Source: Bugula neritina
Lineage: Eukaryota > Animalia > Bryozoa
DNA: 64,000 nucleotides
Assembly: GCA_964035545.1 (NCBI GenBank)
Contig: OZ037768.1
Span: 4,744,741 to 4,808,740, forward strand
Direction of reading: 5' to 3'
The translations under genes and the position numbers were made by a program. Shown in pieces: positions 39,870-64,000 of the stretch. The stretch's first letter is position 1. Every line of letters begins with the position of its first letter. Below the pieces are notes generated by a model, which worked only from the letters and a program-made list of their open reading frames with translations, was not told the DNA's origin and searched no databases.

Positions 39870-42800
39870 TCAAATAAAACTAGCTAATGAGGCTAGGAAG
39901 AAAATTAAAGATGCTTGGACTTTCAATAAGCTTGTTATATTTTGCTTCACAATGAATTGTTCGGCTGGCTCTTGTGCTAAAATAACAAAGCAAGGTAGTA
40001 AATCGTCAAGAGTTTTAAAATACAATAAAAGGATTATGTACTGACTTCAGATCAATGCTAATAAACAATAAACTTAGCTGGTGCTTGCAACTAAAGTATC
40101 AATTCCCCCTTCCCCAAGCTGCTAATCATTCACAATTTTAATCTTTTGTTGCGAAGGTAATTTTATGGAGTAAATGTGCAAAGTTCCTAAACACAAACTC
40201 TTTTGTCAAAAGTTACACTATTAATGTCTAAGTGCAGTTTCAAAACCCTAGCTACAGTATAAACTATAAACACACTGGTCGGCTGTAAAGAATTCTCATT
40301 CAAATATGTCTGTGGATGCTATCAACATTTGCATTTTTTAGGAGACTTTTAGCATCTAATAAAAACTTACTAGGTCTAGTAGTAGACATAGTAACAGAAA
40401 TGAACATCTCTAGACTGTGATTGGTGTGTGTTTCGAAGTAGTTCCCATCAGGTTTAACAGCAACAGTTATGACTGAACACCGATATGTTATCTTAGCTGA
40501 AGAGTGAAAGTACTTGTATAACGGAAGCACCGAATCCACGTGTAACGTTATAACTCCATTTGACAGATCTTCAGTGAATGGTATTTGTTTTGGAAGAGCT
40601 TTCATACCTGGAAAAGTTTCTCCATCAAAGTAGAGCAAGAACAAATGGTTCTGTGAGACAGCAGTCCACTGCACCTACAACAATGAAAGATAATATTAAT
40701 ACCAGTGTAGAAAACACACACCCCGAGTGCACACACGATATAAAAGCACCTCAACCAGCTCTAGTTATATATTGAACATATTATGTATAGTGTTTTATTA
40801 TTTTCTCAGTTTGTTTGCAGCATTTGCTTGTAATACTGACTGGGACTTTTAAACTTTTGAGAAACTTATCTAGCATTATTTATAACAAAAGTCTACAACT
40901 ACAGCTTATTGGAGACATTCTCACTATAAAATAAACCTCACTTTCACAAGGCTCACCACTTTAAATATGTAAGTGAGGTTGACTTAGCTAATATCTTTTC
41001 CCGTGCTTTGCTTAAAAATGCAATGTTTGTCAGAAAGAATTTTGGTAATGTTTTTAACCTGTATGACTTATCATTTGCCCCCTGAATGTTACAACTTCTT
41101 GCAGTTTAAAATTTTAAATTCAATTAAAAACTAATAGCAAGTCAACTTGCTGCTTTATGTATAGTCAAATTATAAAACAGGATAAATAAATAATAAAATA
41201 ATATAATAAAAGAAAATGATTATCTTGGAATGAAATAAAATAAGACATGAAGATGATGGGACAAACCTTAGCATGTGTGAGAGAAGTATTCACATTTTTA
41301 TAGGAACAAGTGACATTGAAGGAGGAGTCTGCTTGTATTTCGTATGTCTGAGATTGTTGATTAAATGGGACTGTTGCTTTGATGTCAGCCATATCACGGT
41401 ACACAGTTGTCCAGTCTCTCTGAAATAAAAGAGAATGGAGTGCAAAGGAGTGTAGAGATCATAAAACTCGTTAAGAAATCTAAAGCAAAATATGTTAAAG
41501 GTTGTTAATGAGAACAATCTATTTGACGTGCATGCATCCAGTTAAATTTAAATTGTCACAATTGAAGACGGTGCCTTATAATTACATTATATATGTTTTG
41601 TTTTGTAAAAGGTCTTTCCAGAAGTATTGAGGACCATATCTCATTAACTTTAATTTTATATGAGCCTACTCTGTTCAATAATTTTATTTAATTATCAAAT
41701 TTAAAACAATTCTTTATTTTATGGTCCAACTTTTCGAGTAATTAAATAACTTGAGGCTGCTTAATGTGAGCCAAAGCATGAAAAAAATGAAAACTTCTAA
41801 GTCAGAAAAATACATACAATAAATATGACTACTTAGTATGCAAATTAACCACCTATAGAACAGTGAAACAATAAAAAAAATATTGGCTAAAAAATCTGAT
41901 CCCATCAACTATTAACTGGCTAATGGAAACTAGAACATTCAACACCTTACCATGGAGTATGTTTCTAAATTAACCACACAAAATAAATATAAAATACTTG
42001 AAAATTCTTTAGCACTTAGAGACTATCAGGAAAAGAACAAAATGAAATCGAACTTAGAAATGTATGAGTAAAATCATTACATCATTGCTTTTCATAACAG
42101 CATCAACTTGCTTTCAAAGGTAAACATATAAGAGATATTGTGTTTTCCCCCACACTCAATGAATTGTTACGAACAGAACATGTTACACAAATTTTTTCAT
42201 AACATTTCTGAGCATCTCTCTGAAATCTTAACAGAGTTTGAATAGTATCCCCCTTGAGCTACCTCCAAAAAAGGAAAATATTCTTAATTTGACAAGTGAC
42301 CCATTCTAAGGTGACCCAGTTTAACGGTCTGATGATGATTGCAGATGAACTACATGAGGATTTTATTAAGACAGTAAATAATTCTGCCATGAAATGTTTA
42401 CTTATTGGCGAGTTTCATAGGTTCAACAAGCAAAATTTATCCCTGCATAGCTGAGAAAGCACTAAGAATTTTTGTTTTATTTAGCACCATCAATTTCTAT
42501 ACTAGGTGGGATTCTCATTTGAAAATAAAAAGAGAAACTGCTTTGACCTGCAAAGTGACCAGAGGTTTGCCCTGTCCGAAACAAAGCCAGCTATCACATT
42601 ATTACTGAATAAACTGCTCTGTTTTTTTACATGCATAATAATACTGTAGCCATTACATTATAATCAAACCAAATAGAAAAAATATAGACTTGCATCATAA
42701 TAATTATTATGTTATATGACGGTCAGTTTAAAGTGCATATAAATTATAATTGTCAAAAGAGAGGATATTAATCACAAAGGTTGATGAAAGGGAGGAATGG

Positions 42801-45800
42801 CATGGAAATGGTTGGAAACCACTGCGTTAAAAACCAGCTGTAAGTATTTTGCCAGGAGCAACAGGTCTCGGCCCTGGCTACTTGAAAATAAATAAACACC
42901 GATATATTAACCCAATTATGTTTCTGTATATAAAACTAACCATTGATTACTATTGCTATTATTAGTATTATTCTTGGTTGAACTTTTGAACTGAGCTAGG
43001 CTCCTATTTTCTACCTAGTTCCACTAAGCTGGAACGGATAGGACTTTTTCAAGATATTAGTTAATTCCAGCAAGACTTTTGATGACCTTATTTGTACTAT
43101 ATTATTATTAATATTAGTAGCATTATTATTATTGATTGTGTAATTTGCTATAATGCCCTAGTTCTATCAATAATACAAGCTCGCTCACGCAAGTTTATAA
43201 CCACCATCCATGTGAGAAAGGGAGAGGTTTTTGTTAAATCAGGACTTGTTCACATGGGGTACAGGAGCAATTATGTCTGTAGGCCTATGCTCTTCCTAAC
43301 ATCACCGATAGCCTTTACTGGGGTTCGAACCAATGATTTTGTGTTTACTAAGCAAACTCTAAAGTCTAAACCCTAAACCACGACTGCTCCCTCTAGCAGA
43401 CAATAATAGATAGCAACATTTTACTTAGCTGAGGGTCCCACAACTCCCACTAGAATCAGTCAGCATCTTGAAAAAGTACTATCATTATAAATGAATTAAA
43501 CTTTTTATGTACATGTATGTTGATTGACCCTGCCTATACCATTCGTGAATATTACACAATCAACTTACTCCTAAGCATAATATTAATACTTCATACATTA
43601 TACTTACTTTTTAAAATGGCACACTTTTCAAAGTCTCCCAATATATTAGTGTAGACACAACAAAAGGACCTTGCAAAGTCTGCTTCATGAAGAGGCTTTA
43701 TAACCAGAGTGGTGATTGAAGCAGCAGCATCTATTGTGTTAGTATAACTGTACCTGCTTGTGGTATCATTAATTTCCTTAATTTCACCATCCCTACAAGT
43801 TTATCAACACTCTAATTGCATAAGTAGAAATAGAGCTACTAGAAACATTTAATTAGACTCAATGATATTAAAAAAATTATTTATTCAACAAAATATGGTT
43901 AGCAATTTCATAGGCCTAGAAAATGCACTTTCATTTATAATATAACTAGCTATGCACGATTTGTAATTTATCAATTGTATTTATTGTATTTATTTGTATT
44001 TATTGTTTTGTCAATGTCTCTACTAACAACAGCTGTAACACAAATTGTGGAACCATAGCATACAGAGGCCTCGCTCATAGCTCTGTTAACCAAAAATGAT
44101 ACGTCTCTGCTAGCAGTAGCAGTGATGCAAATTAGTGAAACCTAATCCGGGGCAGTATATTAAATAATTTTGTTTTTTTCTTCATTACGTTTGTCAACTA
44201 CCACAACATTAGGCATCTGTTTTGACAACTTTGTCTATGCATCTCATAAATTTTTTATGTAATTATCACGTTTCATTATTAGGTTGGTATGAGAACTACA
44301 GTTCTTGCTTCTTTGAAATCTGTAAATTCCACAAAGTTCATACTAAATTATTGAAGCCACCTCTCTTCTGACACTCAATCTGCCAGAGCTTTTCACATTT
44401 ACTGGGTATTACAGTATCAACCCTCGCATTTGACAGATACGTACCAGAATTTGGAGTACCAACTAATATCTGCCACAGATGGAACAGACTTGGCTGATGT
44501 ACAAGATAATTCAGCAAGGCCTGCTTTAATTTGATCAGATGATTGAGCATTGATAACTGGGGATATACCTGTAACAATAGTATATTCCCAAAGTTGAAAA
44601 TGCACCAATCAGTTGGACAGTCTTGCTTACAAAATTCAGAATGTACCTCAAGTACCAATTGTATAAACTTTAATGTTACATTGATGTTTACAGTTGAAAA
44701 CTCTATCAACAAGTTATTTTGTACAAAAGTCATGTTTTTGCCATTTAGGTGCAGTAACAGAGAAATTTCTATAGTCTAAACTCTTTAATTGCCCTAATAA
44801 ATTATGGTTTGGAGTGTATGTTGAAAAACTTTAGAGAACAAATTCTTTAATTACAATATTATTTTCTCATCTAGAGCACATACTTTACCATTTTTATCAG
44901 GTACTATACATAATTTTATTATTACTGTGAGCCAGAAAGAGCCCTGGCCATGATTGTATTTATAAAATTTTAAAATTTGGAATAATCTAAATTTACAATT
45001 TATAATATTTTATGCAATGAGATGCACCGATTTAAAGTTCAAAAACAAATCTACATTTAACTCAAAATTTGTTTTTTTAGATATTATGTAGGTTGTCGAT
45101 TTTAATGTCAACGAAAATACTGGAACCTCAAATATACTTTAAAATCAACTTACATTTTACCGAAAATGATAGAACAGAGTAGTTTTCTACAATAGTCTTG
45201 TATGCATGTCACAATGACTAGTGTAAGTGTTAGTATAATGGTTAACATACTGATTTGCAAGTTATAGAAGCCCGAGGATCAACTCTCGTTGGGGGCAGAA
45301 CTTTTTACATTCAAACATTAACCATTAATAATGCAACAGATTATCCTCAGAAAAATAGCTAATTTAATCTCAAATTTTTAAAAAAAAGTATAAGTAGTGT
45401 TCAGCAAATTTTCACCTCCAAGAATAGAGTATCAAGAGTTTTAGTTGCAGATTTGATGAATCACTCTGGCAAGTAGAATTAAAAGCGTAGACATTAATCA
45501 AAGTTTTGTATACCTAAATGTGAAGATTTTTGTTAGGAGTGTAAGGGGTTAGTTGTCCACTACAGCCATTATAGCATAACTTTCAAAATAAATATTATAG
45601 TAGATGCAGGTTAACCTGGTTACCTTGTACTTGAGCACACTTCTCATTGTCTCCTACATTATTGCTATAAACACAGCAATATGACCTCATGAAGTCTACA
45701 GCTTCAACAGGATCTATTACTAAAGTGGATACTACAGGTCCAGATCGGTCATTGAAAATGGCTATGGTGGTTACATGGTATCTGCTTATTGAGTCATCCA

Positions 45801-48800
45801 CTGCAGAGATTCTAAATAGAGCGCCAAATACAATAATTTATGGTAAACAAATTCTTTCAACTAATTTTAAATTCATTTGTACAACATTTTAATTCTAATG
45901 TATCCTGTGCTGCAGTTATGAAAATTATTTTCTCACTCTGTACTATTCACTGGTTTATAGAGCCATGAAACGTCAGTAACTGGAGACTCAAGCTGTGAGG
46001 AAGAACATCTGTAATTTAACTTATCTCCAATTTTTACTTCTGCTGTTATTGATACTTCTGGCTTAACTGTCAAAAATGCCACCAAATAAAATTATTTAAC
46101 ATTAGTTCAACACTTTTTAAAAGGAAACATATTATTTCTTCACCAAAAGTATTAAAATTCAATAAATTAATTTTAACAAGAGATGGTTAATTTTTTGGAC
46201 ATAAAAGTTAACGAAGCTATGTTAAAAAAGAATAATCATGAGTTTAAACATTTCGTAATGCTGACAATGCTAATAAATTAAAGTAAAAAATTCAAATTAG
46301 TTGAAGTCAATACATTGAATAGTGTTTTGAACGACGTACTTAATACTCGCACAGTGAAGGTCTTGAATATAGGAGAAGTCACTCTATTCGTGGCAGAGCA
46401 AATATAAGCACCAGCCTCTGCTACAGTTACACTTTTCAGTTCTAACTTTTCACCTGCAAGCTGCGTTTAAAATAAAAAATTATATCAACAAAAAATTATA
46501 AAGTTATGCATTGCTATAACTGCATTATACTACTTGAAACAAAACTGTCTTTATATTTTAGTTACATCTACATCTCTATTATGTAATACATAGAGTTGAA
46601 TATAATGTATTAAAAACTGGAATATAGAATATAAGCATTTTGGGAACAATTGCGATCAAATAACCATGAAAATTCAACATGTTTTATTTTCTTTTAGTTT
46701 CTATACCAGTTTCTATACAACTTCTTTGACAATAAAGCATGAAATGTTAGATTAAAAATCTGCATTAAACGTACATATTATATAAAAGCACTTGTATGAA
46801 ATATCAAACATATATTTTGTAATAATGGAAGTTTACATTTGCAGACAGTGGCAAAGCGAGTCCATCTTCTCTAACCCACTCGAACCTTGGTGCAGGATGC
46901 CCAGTTACTTTACAAGTCAGTTCCGCATCACTTCCTTCATTCACTGTTAAGTCAGTTTCACCATCCACAAATTGCAGAGGCACTTTAAAGGAAAAGTACA
47001 TTCACAAAGTTCTATGTATTATTGTAAAAACTCAAAATAGCATATAATAAAAATTTACTTTCAGTTGGTATAGCTCTCTTTTCTGTTCCTACTATTTAGA
47101 CCAGCAAGCCCCAACGTCAATAAATAAATTATAGATTCTGTACACTATCTTTAAATGAATGTATAATAATGAGTGAAAAATAGCTATCATTTATAGAATA
47201 GTTTAATAAGTAATACAAAATATTTTATAAATATAGCATTATATTATATTAAAAAACTTTTGAGATAGCCCAGATATTGGGCATCATTTGTAAAAAAAAC
47301 AATATTGTATATAACCAAAGCTATAGACAGCAAAAATGTATGAGGATTATTTTTGAAAATCTACGAACTTCTTTGCGAAGTCAAGCAGCACTGTAGGTAT
47401 TTTGAGATGCACCGTCTTTAAACTTAACCCAGCATCTTTGACTCTCTGATTTATCAGCAGAAAATATTGGATATATTTTAAAAGAGCTTGCCTAAGCTAG
47501 TTGTGAAACTGAGAAAACAGATTCAATAATTGATTGAGCATATGTAATAGCAAATTGCAAATATTTATTTGTAATTGAGGCATCATTGTTTGAAATCATT
47601 TGAAACATTATTATAAATAACCATCATAAGATGTCTACAGTTGGAAAATATTGAAAAGTTGAATTATAAATAAGGAACTCAAATTGTACAATACAATATT
47701 ACTATGATAATTAAAATTTGGCTGAGGTTTTTCTGTTCAGCAAATTAAATGGAGTGGAAGGCAACTTCTTTTCCCAGTAGCTGCTAGTAAAGAGAGTTAA
47801 TTTCAGTTGATATGTTTTTATAGTATATCTATAGAAAGGGATGACTACAGTATCAAGTGCATCTACAAAACACTACCTCTCTTCAAAAGAAAACAACCTA
47901 CTCATACATAAGTCAGGCTGAATCTTTTTCGATCAGGTTGAGTCGAGCCTGGCTTACCTGTTTTATAACATAATATAATTTATATGCACACAAAGTTTAT
48001 CCAAAAACATATAAAACATATAATCAACGTGGTTGATATAACATAATGTCACTAATATTGTGCTAACAGCCACACATGGCCTTATTTCCGTTCCCAAATC
48101 ATGAAATTATTATTATTTAGTGTTGGATATAGGTATTATTTGCAAACTACTAGAATCAAAGTTAAATATGAGAGACTTCAAATCACATCTTACCTGTTCT
48201 AAATTAAACCCTTACATGCATGTATGCCATAAATTCAGAAAATACCACAGTTGTAAAATTGTGCTAAATGATATTTCACAGTTGCTAAAGCTCAATAAAT
48301 CGTGTCACAGTATATACTTGAATTCATATAACTGTAGGTCAAACTCCATACAGGGGTTTTCAAAAGTACCCAAATTTGAAACAAAGATGTCATGAAATAA
48401 ATATGTGAATGAGTAGCATAAAACGTTTTAAATGATATTGGATAATAATTAATACTTCACTTACCCACAATAGATATTTCAATGCTATCGTGTATACGTG
48501 TATGTATCATGTTGTTATCAATGCCTTCATGAACAGTGAACACTTCACATTGGAACCATACTTTTTGACTATCTGAGTTGCTATAATAAGAAGATGGTAA
48601 TTGGTCCACTATGAGACTCACACTACCATCATCGGGGCTATTTTGAGGAATGTTTTCAGGAATAGCTTTAAAAGCCGGCTCTGTTTGACCATTGTAATAA
48701 ATGTACGAAGATGATGCTGGTGAACCAGAACTCCATCTCACCTACAAAAGAATAAAACTGACAAATATAAAAGAACTAATGTTGAACAAAGCAAAGGTAT

Positions 48801-49576
48801 CAAATTTAATGGGAAATTTGCAAATAAACATTTACTGACCTCTCCATATGTATATGTAAAATCAGCATTTACATAGAAACACGTAATATTAAAAGGGGTT
48901 TCAGGAAAGATGTCATATGTGTTGCTTTCAGCATTAAAAGCAGCTGTAGTAGTAATATTAGCCATATCATAATCAACATTCTCGAATGCTGTCACTCCCA
49001 GAACTAACAGCTGATTGATAAGAAAGCCAAACAGCCAGACCTCCACTGTAACATAAGAAGGATAGTTACAACATACTTGTAAGTAAGCATGGCAGGACAA
49101 GAATAATTACTCTTAATAAATTAACATAATAATTGTAATACTAATATACATAGAAATGTTGGAGCCTCTTAAGCAATGAGTATGACATGTGGGGAATTTT
49201 GTTTTATTTAATCCCTTTAATAAAGTTATCAATTTAAAACGACCACAATCTATATTATATATACCATTGCATTTACTATGGTTTATGCCATTAAAAGGCC
49301 ACATCAAATTTTTAAACTTCATCTTACATTTTCCAATACAATTTATACTTATAGCTGAGATATACATTAAATTTAATTTTAAAGAAGAATCGAAACAGGT
49401 AGTTTCTTAGTGTTAAACAAAGGTCTACAATATTATTATTAATATTAATAATAAATTGATTTTAGAATTTAACTAGTAGTAGTTGAAAATTGACAATAAC
49501 TGCTAACAATAATAGTAATACTAATAGTAATACTAATAGTAATTAATTTGAAAGAGCAATTTCACACGAACTCACT
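39870..49576 (-). CDS. IgD: 5-Ig-domain (V-I-Ig-Ig-V) surface protein with signal peptide and GPI-like tail, about 651 aa
   Basis: A of the start codon at 49576, then exons 48840-49045, 48465-48741, 46837-46982, 46340-46460, 45937-46066, 45624-45811, 44445-44568, 43608-43792, 41951-41964 (14 nt), 41267-41419, 40371-40674, 39870-39976. Total 1956 nt, open. I-set motifs: ELTCKVTGHPAPRFEW and EAGAYICSATN. Confidence 0.87.
42050..42824 (+). mobile_element. Decayed hAT-Charlie transposon 3' fragment in an IgD intron
   Basis: Translation YPCIAEKALRIFVLFST resembles the hAT C-terminal dimerisation region of Charlie-type transposases. Ends in GTTGGAAACCACTG, a Charlie-like TIR. Confidence 0.6.
43180..43390 (-). 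mobile_element. tRNA-derived SINE-like element
   Basis: B-box-like GGTTCGAACC and a core GGTGATGTTAGGAAGAGCAT shared, in opposite orientation, with 51955-52146. Confidence 0.6.
45228..45305 (+). mobile_element. Degenerate tRNA-like SINE head
   Basis: A-box-like TAGTATAATGG and degenerate B-box GGATCAACTC. A related reverse fragment lies at ~18780-18805. No clean cloverleaf. Confidence 0.4.
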
Positions 49577-49719
49577 GGTAAAGTGCCTCTTTGCACCACG
49601 AGTTCTAAAGAGCTAAAATATGCAAACCTAAAACTAATTTTTAGTCCATACTTAGAATCGTCCTCGTGACTATTATATTTAGTCTTGGACTTCAACTAAT
49701 AGACAGATGTCCAAGAAAT

Positions 49720-49765
49720 GCAAAGCAGACGACATTTTATGAAGCGTTCGCGCATGCTTTTGTTT
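49720..49765 (-). promoter_or_regulatory. Conserved promoter-proximal CpG motif upstream of IgD exon 1
   Basis: AGCAGACG...GCGTTCGCGCATGCTTTT, containing an NRF1-like GCGCATGC; homologous to the IgB and IgC blocks. Confidence 0.45.
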
Positions 49766-50559
49766 TTAATATTGAAAGTGGGAGCTAGTATGTAGATAGT
49801 TCTTATTATCGCCTTACAATATCAGTGTACACAGATCGTAAATGTAATGACCATGTTATAGTCACTTAGTGCAGTGTTTGTACACACATCATTGTTCAAA
49901 ATCCAAGACTGCTAGATTCCTGCACTCAATCACTCCGAGTTTCGTGCTGCATCAAACGATTTTCACTCGTAGACTTCCGCCATGCAATGCCATCGTAGTT
50001 GTTTTCTTAATATAAAAAAGAAGATAACTCTTTGTGTAGCAAATCTTGCAATTGAGCTTTTACACTTGCAGTGGCTTTACCACTGCAATATTTTAGGTCA
50101 ATTACTACCCCCACAGCTTTACCCAAGGCACTGTAGGAGTAAGTGAATTTTATTATATTTTGCTGCCATTGTAGCATTATTTTTGTACAAGCCAATTGTA
50201 TCTTCAAATATTGATAGGGAAATCTTTTGGCATGAAATGAGAGTTAGAGCAAATTTATGGAAAAATAATGATTCAAATTTATGAAGGTAATAGATATATC
50301 AGATATCAACTTCTAACTACAGTTATAGACCGTATGTTATTTTCAACTATCTATAGATGTAAGCAGTTAAAATGTTTTTATTCTTTTTTTGGTATACATA
50401 TAGCACACAACCAAGTTTATTAGCCATCTAAAGTGCTTGATTGAGATTAACACCTTCAAATTTGTTCAAATATAGTGTATGTTTATAATAATTAGATTCT
50501 AAGAGCCTTTCACATTCAGAGCATAAATTCGTTGACTCAATAGAACATGTTTTTACACA

Positions 50560-50750
50560 GATGAGCTACACCAGCTATTTAATACTTTGCACAAAATAAA
50601 AATGAAAATCTTACTAACTTCTATTTTATAACAGCCAGTGCTGTTCATTTATTTTTAGAAATCTGAATATAAAATAGCACAAATATTTCCTAAATCAATG
50701 CAAATATTTACATTAATTTTATCCTATAATTCTCGAATAGAAATGAAGAA
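50560..50750 (+). pseudogene. Remnant copy of the ARMC10-like C-terminus and 3'UTR
   Basis: 50560-50631 encodes DELHQLFNTLHK-IKMKILLTSIL*, versus DELNQLSNTLYKNIKMKKILTAMS* at 29998-30072. The following ~120 nt align with 30075-30190. Confidence 0.8.
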
Positions 50751-50769
50751 CAACTGGTTTTTAATATAT

Positions 50770-62944
<12,175 letters not shown>

Positions 62945-63049
62945 TTTTAGAAGAAAAAACAAATCAAAATACTTCTCTTTATTGCAGCTTTAAACTATTG
63001 TTTACAGTTTATTTTTTAGTTTCAGTTTGACTTTGTTTTCAAAGTTGTT

Positions 63050-63300
63050 TCATCATCTTCAACTTACACGTTCCCACGTTTGAAATCACGTCCAAACAGA
63101 TCCGTAGAGCGTGGCGGCCCCTCAATAAGTCGGTAATTGTTCTATAACATTGTAGTTAATTTTACGGATTTCATATACTCTTCGCAGCGTGGCTATAATA
63201 ATAAAGACCTTTGAATAGCGGACGTTCATGAAAAGCCGACACAGTAGTTCTACAGCGGTTCTCCCTTTATGCGGACAGCCTCCGTTACTCCCTCCTTTCT
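63050..63300. promoter_or_regulatory. CpG-enriched probable QARS promoter region
   Basis: Local rise in CpG/GC immediately upstream of the QARS ATG. Confidence 0.4.
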
Positions 63301-64000
63301 CAACAGTTCACAATAACCTTATAATTTTGGACAAAGCTGGTGGAGTGCTCATTAGAACACGTTTGATTTTAACATCACAGTTGAATTGAGTAAACACCGT
63401 TAATAAATAAATGTAATTGTTAATTTTTATTTTCAAATCCATACCCGCTTTCACTCAAGAGTCTGTGATAGTCAATGTCATAGTGTAAAACTTCCTGCGA
63501 GTGTTCCGCTATCAGTATCTTAATCTAAATCCTAGTAGTAGTCGAGGAATTGATTGAACTAAAAGAAGAAAGTTAGAGTAAAAGCCACCAGACAAATCAC
63601 AAACTCAAGCAAAAAGTTTTCAACTGTAAGTATCGGGTGACACCATAAACATTATTCATATTGGAATGGAATTTCAATAACAATTTGATGTTGTCGACGT
63701 CGTTGCGGTTGTGAGACTGAGCAAGACTAAAATAAAAATATCACTCTGATTATCACTTACTGTTAGAATGTTGAAATGAAAGCTATTTTTGTAAAAAAAA
63801 CTTTTTTGTTTTAAACTAATTTAAAAATTAAATTTCAGGTCAACAATAATCAATAATGGTTATTTCTATGAGTATGATCATCAGATCATGATGATGATGT
63901 AAAATTTGTATTATAATTATTAATAAAATTTGAATCTAAATCAAAATGTAACACTAACAGTAATTGTAAATGTAAAATGTTTTTGTTAATTTTCTGGTAT

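Noticed and set aside
45228-45305. Functional tRNA gene
   Set aside because: Degenerate B box and stems; better explained as a SINE head.
3863-49576. One Dscam-like gene with mutually exclusive exon arrays, or somatically rearranging segments
   Set aside because: Each unit has its own signal-peptide exon and stop-containing last exon, and I saw no recombination-signal-like motifs. Read-through splicing between paralogs is phase-compatible but unsupported.
63220-64000. Protein-coding gene start divergent from QARS
   Set aside because: Only a donor-like site and the 5'-end sequence texture; no supportable ORF within the window.

Overview
AT-rich, intron-rich animal (invertebrate-like) genomic DNA. 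From left to right: (1) the 3' end of a secretin/adhesion-class (family B) GPCR on +; (2) a minus-strand tandem cluster of four paralogous Ig-superfamily genes (here IgA-IgD), each with a signal peptide and a hydrophobic GPI-signal-like tail; (3) an ARMC10-like armadillo gene on +, head-to-head with IgB and inside the cluster; (4) a complete 20-exon glutaminyl-tRNA synthetase (QARS) on -; plus MITEs, decayed hAT and non-LTR elements, SINE pieces and minisatellites. The Ig cluster is the main point of interest. IgB, IgC and IgD have a V-I-Ig-Ig-V layout, in which a copy of the N-terminal V-like domain recurs at the C-terminus and is joined by a 14-nt microexon. Their start codon is split by an intron (A|TG). 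The N-terminal V domain has a strongly divergent F-G loop, and the paralogs are patchworks consistent with gene conversion. This looks like a lineage-specific, diversifying cell-surface recognition family, but its function is inferred, not shown. All exon models were built by hand from splice signals, phase matching and paralog comparison; no database search was run and the species is unknown.
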